Source: Stegostoma tigrinum (lineage: Eukaryota). Taken from it: DNA of 64,000 bases. Numbering within the stretch: the stretch's first letter is position 1; the number at the start of each line of letters is the position of its first letter. Both the position numbers and the translations under genes were made by a program. The stretch is from NCBI RefSeq assembly GCF_030684315.1, contig NC_081376.1, forward strand, positions 20,627,018 to 20,691,017, written 5' to 3'. This document shows positions 13,315 to 26,465 of the stretch, piece by piece. Below the pieces are notes generated by a model. The model worked only from the letters and a program-made list of their open reading frames with translations. It searched no databases and had not been told where the DNA came from.

Positions 13315-15650
13315 AATAAAATGTGAGGCTGGATGAACACAGCAGGCCAAGCAGCATCTCAGGAGCACAAAAGCTGACGTTTCGGGCCTAGACCCTTCAT
13401 CAGAGAGGGGGATGGGGGGAGGGAACTGGAATAAATAGGGAGAGAGGGGGAGGCGGACCGAAGATGGAGAGTAAAGAAGATAGGTGGAGAGAGTGTAGGT
13501 GGGGAGGTAGGGAGGGGATAGGTCAGTCCAGGGAAGACGGACAGGTCAAGGAGGTGGGATGAGGTTAGTAGGTAGCGGGGGGTGCGGCTTGGGGTGGGAG
13601 GAAGGGATGGGTGAGAGGAAGAACCGGTTAGGGAGGCAGAGACCGGTTGGACTGGTTTTGGCATGCAGTGGGTGGAGGGGAAGAGCTGGGCTGGTTGTGT
13701 GGTGCAGTGGGGGGAGGGGATGAACTGGGCTGGTTGAGGGATGCAGTAGGGGAAGGGGAGATTTTGAAACTGGTGAAGTCCACATTGATACCATATGGCT
13801 GCAGGGTTCCCAGGCGGAATATGAGTTGCTGTTCCTGCAACCTTCGGGTGGCATCATTGTGGCAGTGCAGGAGGCCCATGATGGACATGTCATCAAGAGA
13901 ATGGGAGGGGGAGTGGAAATGGTTTGCGACTGGGAGGTGCAGTTGTTTTTTGCGAACTGAGCGGAGGTGTTCTGCAAAGCGGTCCCCAAGCCTCCGCTTG
14001 GTTTCCCCAATGTAGAGGAAGCCGCACCGGGTACAGTGGATGCAGTATACCACATTGGTAGATGTGCAGGTGAACCTCTGCTTGATGTGGAATGTCATCT
14101 TGGGGCCTGGGATGGGGGTGAGGGAGGAGGTGTGGGGACAAGTGTAGCATTTCCTGCGGTTGCAGGGGAAGGTGCCGGGTGTGGTGGGGTTGGAGGGCAG
14201 TGTGGAGCGAACAAGGGAGTCGCGGAGAGAGTGGTCTCTCCGGAAAGCAGACAGGGGAGTGGATGGAAAAATGTCTTGGGTGGTGGGGTCGGATTGTAAA
14301 TGGCAGAAGTGTCGGAGGATAATGCGTTGTATCCGGAGGTTGGTAGGGTGGTGTGTGAGAACGAGGGGGATCCTCTTGGGGCGGTTGTGGCGGGGGCGGG
14401 GTGTGAGGGATGTGTCGCGGGAAATGCGGGAGACGCGGTCAAGGGCGTTCTCGATCACCGTGGGGGGAAAGTTGCGGTCCTTAAAGAACTTGGACATCTG
14501 GGATGTGCGGGAGTGGAATGTCTTGTCGTGGGAGCAGATGCGGCGGAGGCGGAGGAATTGGGAATAGGGGATGGAATTTTTGCAGGAGGGTGGGTGGGAG
14601 GAGGTGTATTCTAGGTAGCTGTGGGAGTCGGTGGGCTTGAAGTGGACATCAGTTACAAGCTGGTTGCCTGAGATGGAGACTGAGAGGTCCAGGAAGGTGA
14701 GGGATGTGCTGGAGATGGCCCAGGTGAACTGAAGGTTGGGGTGGAAGGTGTTGGTGAAGTCGATGAACTGTTCGAGCTCCTCTGGGGAGCAAGAGGCGGC
14801 GCCGATACAGTCATCAATGTACCGGAGGAAGAGGTGGGGTTTGGGGCCTGTGTAGGTGCGGAAGAGGGACTGTTCCACGTAACCTACAAAGAGGCAGGCA
14901 TAGCTGGGGCCCATGCGGGTGCCCATGGCCACCCCCTTAGTCTGTAGGAAGTGGGAACACCTCCGCTCAGTTCGCAAAAAACAACTGCATCTCCCAGTCG
15001 CAAACCATTTCCACTCCCCCTCCCATTCTCTTGATGACATGTCCATCATGGGCCTCCTGCACTGCCACAATGATGCCACCCGAAGGTTGCAGGAACAGCA
15101 ACTCATATTCCGCCTGGGAACCCTGCAGCCATATGGTATCAATGTGGACTTCACCAGTTTCAAAATCTCCCCTTCCCCTACTGCATCCCTCAACCAGCCC
15201 AGTTCGTCCCCTCCCCCCACTGCACCACACAACCAGCCCAGCTCTTCCCCCCCACCCACTGCATCCCAAAACCAGTCCAACCGGTCTCTGCCTCCCTAAC
15301 CGGTTCTTCCTCTCACCCATCCCTTCCTCCCACCCCAAGCCGCACCCCCCGCTACCTACTAACCTCATCCCACCTCCTTGACCTGTCCGTCTTCCCTGGA
15401 CTGACCTATCCCCTCCCTACCTCCCCACCTACACTCTCTCCACCTATCTTCTTTACTCTCCATCTTCGGTCCGCCTCCCCCTCTCTCCCTATTTATTCCA
15501 GTTCCCTCCCCCCATCCCCCTCTCTGATGAAGGGTCTAGGCCCGAAACGTCAGCTTTTGTGCTCCTGAGATGCTGCTTGGCCTGCTGTGTTCATCCAGCC
15601 TCACATTTTATTATCTTGGAATCTCCAGCATCTGCAGTCCCCATTATCTC
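13315..15650 (-). mobile_element. Penelope-like retroelement (Neptune-type), 5'-truncated palindromic insertion
   Basis: Left arm 13315-~14955 (-) has an uninterrupted frame with RT motifs QTKGVAMGTRMGPSYA, RYIDD and FLD, the Cys linker CNRRKCYTC, and GIY-YIG VVYCIHCTRCGFLYIGET..RFAEH. Right arm ~14956-15650 (+) is an inverted copy of the 3' part. TSD ctggactatcatttt at 13300-13314 and 15650-15664. Confidence 0.95.
15522..15553 (+). ncRNA. Minimal type I hammerhead-ribozyme-like motif in Penelope pLTR
   Basis: ct-CTGATGA-a-GGGT-ctag-GCCC-GAAA-c-GTC-ag has both catalytic core boxes, stem II and a GUC cleavage triplet; identical copy at 38072-38103; activity not shown. Confidence 0.7.
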
Positions 15651-16302
15651 TGGACTATCATTTTCCTGCTTTCTGTCACCACTTTTTTAAAGCAATTGCA
15701 TTTGCTGTTTTCCTATCTAATGGAGCCTTCGTCAAATTTTGGAAAACTAAAACCAACTATCCGAATGGCCAGTTCTTCTCAGGTCTGAGAATGAAGTGCA
15801 TCAGGACAGGGACTTGTCATCCCTCAGCTCTGACAATTTAAAGAGTACCTCTTTCCTGGTGATTGTAATTTCTTGAGTTCTCCCATAACATTTCCAAATT
15901 AACAGTTATTTCTGGGATGTTACTGCTATTCTCTATAGTGGATACTGATGCAAAATACTGGTTTAATTCATCTGCCTTTTTATTTTCCATTATTAATTCT
16001 CCAGATTCAATTTCTATGCTTATTTTGTTAACTATTTTCTTTGATAAATATCTTCAGAAACTCATTATCTGATCTTATATTTCTAGCCAGAGTTTTCTTG
16101 CACTCTAATTTTTTCATCTTTATTAATTTGAGTTAACTTGATTTGAAGGTACAATCTCAGGATTCCAAACCAGGTCTGTGGCCACTATACTACCACATTG
16201 ACAAAGGTCAGCATAGCAGTGGTTAAGGACTTGATGGTTGGCAGTTTTGGCAGTGAAGCTGAAATTCTTTTCTGTTACAGGTGACTGTTCAAGGCTAACA
16301 CA

Positions 16303-16431
16303 ATGAATACAAGTCCAGGCACAGTTGGCAGTGACCCTGTCATCCTGGCCACTGCTGGTTATGATCACACGGTCCGCTTCTGGCAAGCACACAGCGGTAT
16401 CTGCACTCGAACTGTGCAACATCAGGATTCT
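16303..16431 (+). CDS. MLST8: MLST8 (mTOR-associated protein LST8 homolog) coding exon 1 of 8
   Basis: [43 protein letters not shown] matches the vertebrate mLST8 N-terminus; acceptor at 16280; donor GTATCTGT at 16432. Confidence 0.98.
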
Positions 16432-19167
16432 GTATCTGTACCAAATTGTATGTGTTTGTTTGGACCTGATTATTTCTGTGGTTCATGTACATAGACACCC
16501 AGGTCACTCTCAAGACCCAAAAATTCACAGTCTCACCTTTCGAAAAATAATCAGTGTCATTGAACTTCTCTTACCAAGTTGTACTCATTCAACTTCTCTA
16601 TCCCTCTGCAGTCTTTTTATGTCTTCCACACTGCTAACTTTACACTTAACTTGCACCATGCCCAGACTCTGATACTTTGCATTCAGTTCCCTCCTCCAAG
16701 TTATTGATATAACTTGTAAAAAACTCAGGCCTAAGCATTAACCATATCTTTTTACAGTTGCCAACAGTAACATATTTCTTCTATTCTTACCTACTCTTTC
16801 CTCTCTTTTAACCAATCTTTATCCAGTGCAAATATTGCCAATCCCATGAGTCCTAAGTTTGTTGTATAAGCTTTTGTGTGACAATTTATCAAATGTTTTT
16901 TGGAAGTCAAAGACCCTCTGTACTCATTGGAATTTAGAAGAATATAGAAACAAAAAAAATTATGGAGGGAAAAGGTAAGAATGAAGCAGGGAGGTTGTTT
17001 CCGCTGGCGGGTGAAACAAGAGCTAGGGGGCATACTTCAAAATAAGTGGGAACAGATTTAAAACTGAGTTAAGGGGAAACTTCTTCACCTGAAGAGTTGT
17101 GAATCTGTGGAACTCCCTGCCCAGTGCAGCAGATGAGGCTACCTTGTTGAATGTTTTTCAGGCAAAAATAGATATAACTTTGAATAGTAAAGAAATTAAG
17201 GGTTTGTAGTGAGCAGATAGGTGAGTGGAACCGAGTCCACGAAAAGATCAGCCATGATCTTATTCAATGGTGGAGCAGGCTTGACAGGGCACGTGGCCTC
17301 CTATTTCTTACGTTTTTATTTGCTAGATCTCCCTTATCCGTCCTGCTTGTTACATATTCAAAAAATGCCATCAGATTTGTCAAAAGTAAATTTGCATTGA
17401 CTCTGTTTATCATACTATCATTTTCCAAGTACCCTGTTACCACATTCCTAATAATAGATTCTACGATTTTGTCTGCTACTAATGTAAAACTAAATGTCCT
17501 ACCAATCCCCATGTTCTGCCTTTCTCCTTTTTTAAACAGCAAGGTTATGTTTGCTCCTGTCCAATCCTTAGGAATTCTTCTGGAATCTGTGGGGTTATGG
17601 TAGACCAAATAGTTTTGGAAAATCAGGCATCCAGATTAAATATTTTTAAAAATCCTGTTTTGAGCAAGCATGAACTTCTTGTGTCCTGTCCCTAGCAGCT
17701 ATGGATCTACATGATTATCTTCCATAAAGGGACTGTGAGCACACCTCAATTCACAATCTCCATAGTAAGTGAACTAGCCCACTCTACAATGCACTGTTGC
17801 AGATACGTCCCACATACATCGTGGAAACAGACCGTTCACTCCAACTTGTTTATGCTGAACAAGCTTCCCAAATTAAACTCATCCCACTTGCTTGTGTTTG
17901 GCCCATATCACTCTAAACCTTTTGTATTCATGTACCTGTCCAAATGTCTTGTAAATTTTGTAACTGTGCCTTCCATCTCCCATTTCCTCTGCAGTTCATT
18001 CCACCTAGCAACCACCTTCTGTGTGATGAAGTTTTCCTTCAAGTCCCTTTTAAATCTTTTCCTCTCATCTTAAAAATATGCCCTGTAGTTTTAAACTCCC
18101 CTATCCTAAGGAAATCGTTTCTGAACCCCATCCAATTTAATAATATCCTTCGTATAGCATAGTGACCAGAATTGTATACAGTATTCCAAAAGTGGCCTCA
18201 CCAACATTCTGTACAACCTCAACTTGACATCCCAACTCCTATACTTAGTGGTCCGAGTAAGCTTGCTAAATGCATTCTTAGCCACTCTGTGTCCTTTTCA
18301 TGGGACATTCAAAGAACTATGTAGCTGAACCCCTGGGTATCTCCATTTCATATCACTACCCAAGGCCCTACCATTAAGTATATAAATCCTGCCCTTGTTT
18401 GTTTTACCAAAATGCAGTACCTCGTATTTATCCAAATTAAACTCAGTCTGCCGCTCCTAAGCCCATTGGCCCAATTGTTCAAGATGCCATTTTAATCTTA
18501 GATAACCTTCTTCACTCTCTGTTATGTCACCAATTTAGGTATCATCCGCAATCTTACTAACATGCCTCTTAAATTGTCATCTAAATCCTACCTCTTGACT
18601 CACACCAAGCCTGCTTCCAGCTGTTTATCTTTCGTATGCTGTTCAACTTAATGTATGATCCCTGAGAAGTCTATGCATTCCCATAGGTCTATGGATCACA
18701 ATTGCAAAATATTAATTTAGATAGAAATGTGAATGAGTATCGCCTTGTTGCATAAACAGCATGTGTACAGCAACATTCAGATAAACAGCAGTTTAATAAA
18801 TTACACGGTTGATTGCACGTACCCTGCCTATACCATTATACAAGGATATGTAGTAGTTGATGCAGCATACGTTTAATGGACAGCAGACATTATGCCTGTA
18901 TTTTAAGTAACGTCGCAAATATGCAGAATTCAGGATTTGTTACAGGAAGTCCCATAAAAACTTATAATATGTATGGCTTCTTCATGACAAGCTTCTTCGT
19001 GACCATTTAATGTGTAGAGTGAACGAGCATCACTGCCTGCACATTTATGCAATCAAAATCACCAGTGAAATCTTCAGTGTTTTATTGAAGATCCAGCTAG
19101 GAGCTAAGTTTGCAAATGACTGTGAATTCCTCTTTCATTTATTCTGCTTCCTTAACAAAGTTTCCAG

Positions 19168-19219
19168 CAAGTGAATGCCTTGGAAATCACCCCAGACCGC
19201 AGTATGATTGCAGCAGCAG
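19168..19219 (+). CDS. MLST8: MLST8 coding exon 2
   Basis: QVNALEITPDRSMIAAA(G); acceptor ttccag preceded by TTCCTTAAC; donor gtaagc. Confidence 0.97.
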
Positions 19220-20053
19220 GTAAGCAGAGTTTATACTGTATTACAAAGAACCCTACAGCACAGGAACAGGCCCTTCAGCCCTCCAAGCTTGCGCCGATCA
19301 AGATCCTCTGTCTAACCTGTCATCTATTTTCTAAGGGTCAGTGTCCATTTGCTCCCTGCCCATCCATGTACCTGTCCAAATATATCTTAAAAGATGCTAA
19401 CGTGTCTGCGTCTATCACCTCCGCTGGCAACGCATTCCAGGCACCCACCACCCTCTGTGTAAAGAACTTTCCACGCGTATCTCCCTTAAACTTTCCTCCT
19501 CTCACTTAGATCTCATAACCCCTAGTATTCTTCATGGTTTTTAATCAGCCCTGTAGTAATGACCCTTGCACCTAACTCCATACTGGGAAATGTGCAATAA
19601 TTGAATTCCTTATCAAGAGTGAAAATATAATCATTGTTTGATATACAACTTGTGTTTAGTTGAAATGAAATTAGTAACTGATGCACGCATTACTCTTAAC
19701 ATCAGGTATTCTTACATCCATAGGTTGGCTTCCCCATGGGTGAGAGAAGGAAAGGAGGGATGCCTTTCTCATTCTCTGTTCTTATTCAAGGCGTATCAAT
19801 TATTGTACTCATGCCCGACACACTTAATTTTCCTGAAATTAACATTATTTATGTAACAAAAACATTATTTCCCCAACGGGCCTGATGCATCGTGTTTTGT
19901 GCTTACTTTCTGAAGAACAAGAGCTTCGTTTTCGACCATGTCTCTGCACAGTCTTATAACACAGAGTATGATTTGAACCATGTTATGTGATGTAAAATGT
20001 GCACACATTGTAAGCGCCACCTGGTAAAGTTACTTTTCTGGTCCACCTTGTAG

Positions 20054-20216
20054 GGTATCAGCATATCCGAATGTATGACCTAAATTCTAACAACCCGAAC
20101 CCAGTCATCAACTATGATGGAGTCAGCAAAAACATCACCTCAGTGGGATTCCATGAGGATGGGCGCTGGATGTATACTGGTGGGGAGGACTGCATGGCAC
20201 GAATCTGGGACCTCAG
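20054..20216 (+). CDS. MLST8: MLST8 coding exon 3
   Basis: [53 protein letters not shown](R); AG/GT boundaries in phase. Confidence 0.97.
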
Positions 20217-21099
20217 GTAATTAACTGAGACAAACAATAAATTGTCAGCCGTGGTCCATTCAGCAACATTCTCAGATTTAAGCCAGAAAGTTGTGCATTG
20301 AAGTACCACTCCAGAGATTTGAGCACATAATCTTTGCTGACAATGTTGTCGACCTTTAGCACCGTTGGAGTTGCTGTCTTTTCATTGCAACATTAAATAT
20401 ATGCCTTGTTTGCTGTCTTGGGTGTATGTGAAACACTCCATTGTATTGTTCTGTAGAGGAACAGTGCATTTCTTTTCAGTATTCTGCCCACTGTTTATCT
20501 TTTGTTGATTTTAGGGGTTGATAATTACATGTTCCTGATATAGGTTGTTGACAATCTGCAAGTAATTACTAGATAGTTGATTCAGATTATTAAGAACAGC
20601 AGTTAAGATATGATACATTAGCTAATTAGATAAAGCGAGTATGCAACGATGATAACCAGGTGGCTCACAAATACCAGAGAACAAACACACTTTTGGTGCA
20701 GATTGTGTCAGTCTCATTTAGTTCGTGAAGGCATCATGCGGCTTTCTTGCCAAGATGTTAGGGAACTCTTCTTTGGGTCTTTCCCCTTCTGTTCTGATCC
20801 ATTTTCCATCTGGAGAAGACAGCTCCCTGATGAGGACTGCTGCTTATGAGGACTGCCCTCTGCCCTGGAGCACTTTTATTTCTAGGTGATGGTAGTTCAC
20901 GCTTATCACTGAATTGTCTGAATCCGTTTGGTCAATAACCAAGGGGCAGCTATGCATGACATTGGATGACTTTGTCTCCTTGCTCACCTACATCTGAAAG
21001 TTGGTTTTTGTTCCTTCCAAGAACAAAATCATTTTATTTTCAGAAACACTGATAGAAGTCTATTTACCACTGTAATGCAGTTAAATGAGTTAAAATGCA

Positions 21100-23390
21100 G
21101 AAGAAAGGCAGGCCGATACAAAAGGTGAATTACAGAAACTTGGTTGTGAGAGGGGCAAGACTGGCAGCTTAACATTCTGGGATTTAGATGTTTCCGGGGT
21201 GTGGTAGAGAGGGATGTAAAAGAGGTGGTGGTGTTGCTTTACTGATTAGAGAGAATATCACAGTTGAACTGAGGGAGGAGACCTTGGAGGGCTCATGCAG
21301 CATGGCCCTAGGGGTAGAGTTCAGGAATAGGAAGGGTACAGTCACTTTGATGGGATAGTATTACAGGCCTCACAATAGCCAGCGATTGATAGAGGAACAA
21401 ATATGTAGACAGATTATGGGAAAAAAACAACAAGGTTGATTTGGTGGGGATTTTGACTTCCCCTATATTGACTGGGACTTGCTTAGTGTCAAGGATTTGG
21501 ATGGGGAAGAATTTGTTAGGTGTGTCCAAGACAAGTTTTTTGTAACAATATGTAAATAGTCCTACTAGGGAATGGGCCATTTTAGAGGAATGAGGCTATT
21601 TAGGTGATGGAAGTTTCAGTGGGAAAGCGTTTTGGAAACAGTGACCCTAATTCTGTAAGTTCTGAAATACTCATGGATAAGGGTAAGAGTCATCCTTGGG
21701 TGAAAGTGGTAAATTGGAGGAAGGCTAATTATAACAATATTAAGCAAAAACTGGGGAATGTAGACTGAAGGCAGCTGTTTCAGGGTAAATCCACATCTGT
21801 TGTGTGAGAATCTTTTAAAGGCTAGTTGATTAGAGTTCAGGTTCAGCATGTTTCTATGCAAATGAAGAATAAGGATGGTAAGGCTTGGGAATCTTGGAAG
21901 ACAAGGAATTGAAAGCTTAGTCAAAAATTGAAAGGAGGCATACAAAAAGTCAAGAAAATGGAAGAAGTACAGACACCTCGAAGAATACAAAGACAGCAGG
22001 AAATAACTCAACAAAGAATTAGATTGGCTAAAGGGGACCATGAAATACCTTTCGCAGATGGGATTTTCTGTGATCCTATAACAATTTGTTCATATGTAAG
22101 GGGCGGCACGGTGGCTCAGTGGTCAGCACTGCAGCCTCACAGCACCAGGGACCCGGATTCGATTCCAGCCTCGGGTAACTGTCAGTGTGGAGTTTGCACA
22201 TTCTCCCCGTGTCTGCGTGGGTTTCCTCTGGGTGCTCTGGTTTCCTCCCACAGTCCAAAGATGTACAGGCTAGGTGGATCGGCCATGTTAAATTGCCCAT
22301 AGTGTTCAAGGGTGTGAGGGTTATTGGGAGATGGGTCTGTGTGTGATGCCCCAAGGGACATGTGGATTTGTTGGGCCAAAGGGCCTGTTTCCACACAGTA
22401 GTGGATCTGATCTAAGGGAAAGGGTAGGTCCACTCAAAAACAAAGGAGGGAATTTATATGTGGAACCAGAGGAAGTGAGTGAGGTCCTTAATAAACACTT
22501 TGCATCAGTATTCACTGAGGAGAAGGGCATGCTGGATGATGAATCCCAGGATGGCTATGTTGATATTGTGGGCATTTCAAGAAACAAAAGGAGGTATTGG
22601 GTGTTTTAAAATGCATTAGGTAGGGAAGGCCCCAGGACCTGATGGGATCTATCCCAGAATGGTGAGGGAGGCAGGTGAGGAAGTTGCTGGGACCCTTGAT
22701 GAAATCTCTGTATGCTCTTTAATCGCAGGAGAGGTCCCATAGGACTAGAGAATAGCCAGTGTTGTTCATTTGTTTAAGAAATGCAAGAGGAATAATCCAG
22801 GAAGTTACAGGCCGGTGAGCTTTACATCAGCAGTAGGGAAATTATTGAAGAAGATTCTTCAGGATAGGATTGACTCACATTTGAAAAGTATGAATTATTA
22901 GTGATAGGCAGTCTGGCTTTGTGCGAGGAAGGTCATGTCATGAGTTTTTTGAGCAAGTGACAAAGTTAATTGATGAGGGTAGGGTGGTAGTTGTTGTCTA
23001 TATGGACTTTAATACGGCCTTTTGGTAGTGTCGAGCAAGGCAGGCTGATACAAAAGGTGAAGTCTAATTGGATCTGTGGTGTGCTGGCAAGATAGTTACA
23101 GAAGAGAGAGAGAGAGTGATGGTGGGAAGGGTAGAGACTTGGGCAGCGAAATGACAGATAGAGTTTAATCCAGATGAATGCGAGGTGACGCATTTTGGGA
23201 AAGGTCTAATGCATGGGAATAGTATACAATAAATGGTAGACCCTTAGTAGCATCAACATACATGGAGATCTAGGCCTGCAGATCCACAATTCCCTGAAAG
23301 TGATAATATTGTCAAGGAGGCATATAGCATGCTTGTCTTCATCGATTGGGGCATAAAAATTGGCAAGTCATGTTACAGCTGTTTAGAACA
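21100..23390 (+). mobile_element. Decayed CR1-clade LINE (endonuclease through RT), interrupted by HE1 SINEs and resuming at ~24560-25000
   Basis: Degenerate ORF2 motifs (gacttcccctatattgactgg = DFPxIDW; LNKHFASVFTEE; ccaggacctgatgggatctatcccaga = PGPDGIYPR; SYGVRLNKL..LELRRMR). Confidence 0.8.
22100..22410 (+). mobile_element. HE1-type tRNA-derived SINE (V-SINE)
   Basis: A box tggctcagtgg, B box gattcgattcc, V-domain gtggagtttgcacattctccccgtgtctgcgtgggtttcc, LINE-like 3' tail gggcctgtttccacac. Confidence 0.9.
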
Positions 23391-23697
23391 TCAGCAGCAT
23401 GCTAGCTCAGTGGTTAGCTCTACTGTCTCACAGAGCCGAGGACCTGGGTTCGATTCCAACATTGGGTGACTGTCTGTGTGGAGTTTGCACCATCTCCCTG
23501 TGTCTGCATGGGTTTCCTCTGCTTGCTCCAGTTTCCTCCCACAATCCAAAGATGTGCAGGCTAGATGGATTTGCCATGCTAAATTGCCTATAGTGTTCAA
23601 GGATGTGTAGATTAGGTGGGTTTTAGGGGGATGGGTGTGGACTTGTTGGACCAAAGGGCCTGTTTCCACACTGTAGGAATTCTGTGATGATCTATGA
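23390..23697 (+). mobile_element. HE1-type SINE
   Basis: Same A/B boxes, V-domain and tail as the 22100 copy. Confidence 0.88.
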
Positions 23698-24231
23698 TAG
23701 TCAAAGAGAAGGAGCAATTGGAGACATTTAGGATGCAGGCCACTGAAAGTGTAGCCACTAACAGTGGAGTAACTGAAACTATACATGTGTAAGGGGCCAG
23801 AATGAGAGGAGCACAGATACCGTGGAGGGTTGTGGGATTATAGAACTGTACAAAGATACATAGACGTGAGGCATTTAAGGGATTCTGGAGTGGACAGACT
23901 GTATCTTTTATTTTTCTGTATTTTTATTGTGGACTTAAATGAGAAAAGAACACTTTTAAAAACCAAGGATCACTGAAGGATTTTGCACATTCCAAAGATA
24001 TGCAAGTCGGGCAGATTTGAAATAAAATGTCCTAAGTGTATAGGCTAGGTGGATTAGACATGGTAAGTGGGGGGATACAGTAGGGGGCTGGGTCTGAGTG
24101 GAAAGCTCTTCAGAGGGTTGGTGTGGACCCAGTGGGCCAAATGGCCGCCTTGTAGAGGTTCTATGAATTCTCTACATACAATTACAAAATGGCTTGGACA
24201 ATGCTAAATGGGCAGAGTCAGTATGACTTTT

Positions 24232-24557
24232 GGGCAGCATGGTGGCTCGGTGGTTAGCACTGCTGCCTCACAGCATCAGGGACCCGGGTTCGATTCCACC
24301 CTCAGGCAACTGTCTGTATGGAGTATCCACGTTCTCCCTGTGTCTGCATGGGTTTTCTCTGGGTGCTTTGGTTTCCTCCCGCAGTCCAAAGATGTGCAGG
24401 CTAGTTGGATTAGAATTGCTAAATTATGCTCAGGGTTCAGGAATATGTAGATCAGGTGGTTATAGGGAGATGAGTTTGGGTGCAAAGCTCTGAGGGTCAG
24501 TATGGACTTGTTGGACCAAAGAGCCTGTTTCCACACTGTAGGGATTCTATGATCTAT
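24232..24557 (+). mobile_element. HE1-type SINE
   Basis: gggcagcatggtggctcggtggttagc...gggttcgattcc...V-domain...cctgtttccacactgtagggattctatg. Confidence 0.88.
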
Positions 24558-26304
24558 GAGCTTTACTTAGGCCACATTTGGACTAATGTGTACAGTCTGG
24601 TCACCACACTGCAAGAAAGATGTGGAGGCTCTGAAGAGAGTACAGAAGTGGTTAACAGGGTATTGTCTGGGTTGGCAGGTGTTAGCTATGGGGTGAGATT
24701 GAATAAACTGTGTCCATTTACTCTTGAACTTCGAAGGATGAGAAGGTGACTTGATAGAAGTTTAACATTAAAAGAATGGATATTTGGAGTTTTTTTTTCC
24801 CCAGGGTAGTAATGTCAGTTACTAGAGGATGTAGGTTTTAGATAAAAGTGGGCAAGTTTTTTACACAGAGGATGGTAAGTGCCTGGAATGTGCTGTGAGA
24901 GGAGGTGCAGGAGGCAGATACATTAGCCACATTTAAGAGGCATCTTGTCCGACGTATGAAAAAAAAGGGAATAGAGGGATACAGACCACATCTTGACAGA
25001 TATATGAAAAGGCTGCCCTGTTCTTTGTTGAACCAGAACACTTCCCAAGTGAAGTATTCTAATTTGAAAATGTAACAACTAATTTACAAACAAGTAGCAA
25101 TGCGTTAATAGCGACATTGCGTTTTTTACTTACTGATGTGATTTGGACATCAATGTTGGCCCAGATGCCAGGGAGAACTCTTCCTCAGATATTACCATGG
25201 GATATTTTATGATCACTCGAGCCTTAGGTTAATATGACACCTCCAACAGTGCAGAACTCCGTCAGTGTTGCATTGGAGTATCTGCCTAGATTTTTACTCA
25301 AGATGCTGAAGTGAAGCTTGAACCCGTAACCACTATAAGCCTGTGTCAAAGGCATGGATATTGATTATTCTTCTATTCATATTTGAATTCTGAAGCTGGG
25401 CCTAATCTCTGAGCAGACATGTACGACAGATGGCAGAATGTTCAGTGCCTCATATTTATGCACATTATGTCACAGGCATGTGTTTAAATTGACAACTTTA
25501 CTCAACATGCAAACAACTTAAGCTAAGGAATCGTTTTGCAGTCTTATCACTGTCCTTCTTAACATTGTGTATTTACTTGATGTCCTATCATGATCATAAC
25601 AATCCACAGAAGAAATGACCATTTCAAAGTCTTGTAAATAAGGAAGTGAAGAGCTTTTACCAAACATGGAAATATTTGAATTCTGCCGCAGAGCTAAGAA
25701 AGTGGAATATGTCACCAATCCACAATATTTAAATAAGGCAGAAGGAGTGCTCATTTATAGATCAAAGAAAGCACTGAAATGCATAATCAGTAAGATGTGG
25801 GTTTGTGGCTATAACTCACACTACTATTCCCATAAATCACATGATAAGGAGATTGACCTCTTTCATCCCACAAACTCATTATTTATTTTAAATCTCTAAC
25901 GATGCCCTGGAAAATAGCACATGATCTTGATTTTAACTTGCAAGGGGATACGGGTGTATGTGTTTTCAGGGAAGGTGTTAAACAAGAAGAAATTGCCATG
26001 ACCTGACATTAACCTACCCACTGCTGTCTTTAACTCATGTGCAATTTGAGGTGGATCTGTGATTTAGATACAGAGACAGGCAATTATCTGAAGATGTAAC
26101 TTTCTTCTGACTTTAACTTGGTTTCCTGGGATGTCTGAAACTTGTCAGGATCCACAAGTTTGGGAGTATAATGGAGATTGATGAACCTGGGAAATTGACT
26201 GCCTGGAAATCTTACACATACTGAACCAAAACAGCTGCTTCTTTTTGTTGTTTGGCAGCACAGAACTTGACTATTTCTGAATAAATGTTCACTTTGTTGA
26301 ATGG

Positions 26305-26465
26305 ATAGTAAGAACTGCAGATGCTGGAGTCAGACATAACACAGTGTGGAGCTGGAGGAGCACAGCAGGCCTGGCAGCATCAGAGAAGCAGGAAAGCTGA
26401 CGTTTCGGGTCAGGTCCCTTTCTTTCTGAAGAAGGGTCCTGACCTGAAATGTCAAATTTCCTGCT
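26305..26465. mobile_element. Short older Penelope pLTR derivative with back-to-back hammerhead-like motifs
   Basis: Minus-strand tail and pLTR ending gacgtttcgggtcaggtccctt, immediately followed by plus-strand ctgaagaagggtcctgacctgaaatgtc. Confidence 0.65.

Noticed and set aside
13628-15280. 550-aa ORF as a complete novel protein
   Set aside because: Chimeric: the first ~108 aa are the antisense reading of the inverted right arm, fused by chance in frame to the truncated RT-GIY-YIG frame. The 281-aa ORF at 36980-37825 has the same origin
22100-24310. tRNA genes suggested by A/B boxes
   Set aside because: These are SINE heads continuing into the V-domain and LINE-like tail; no complete cloverleaf or terminator
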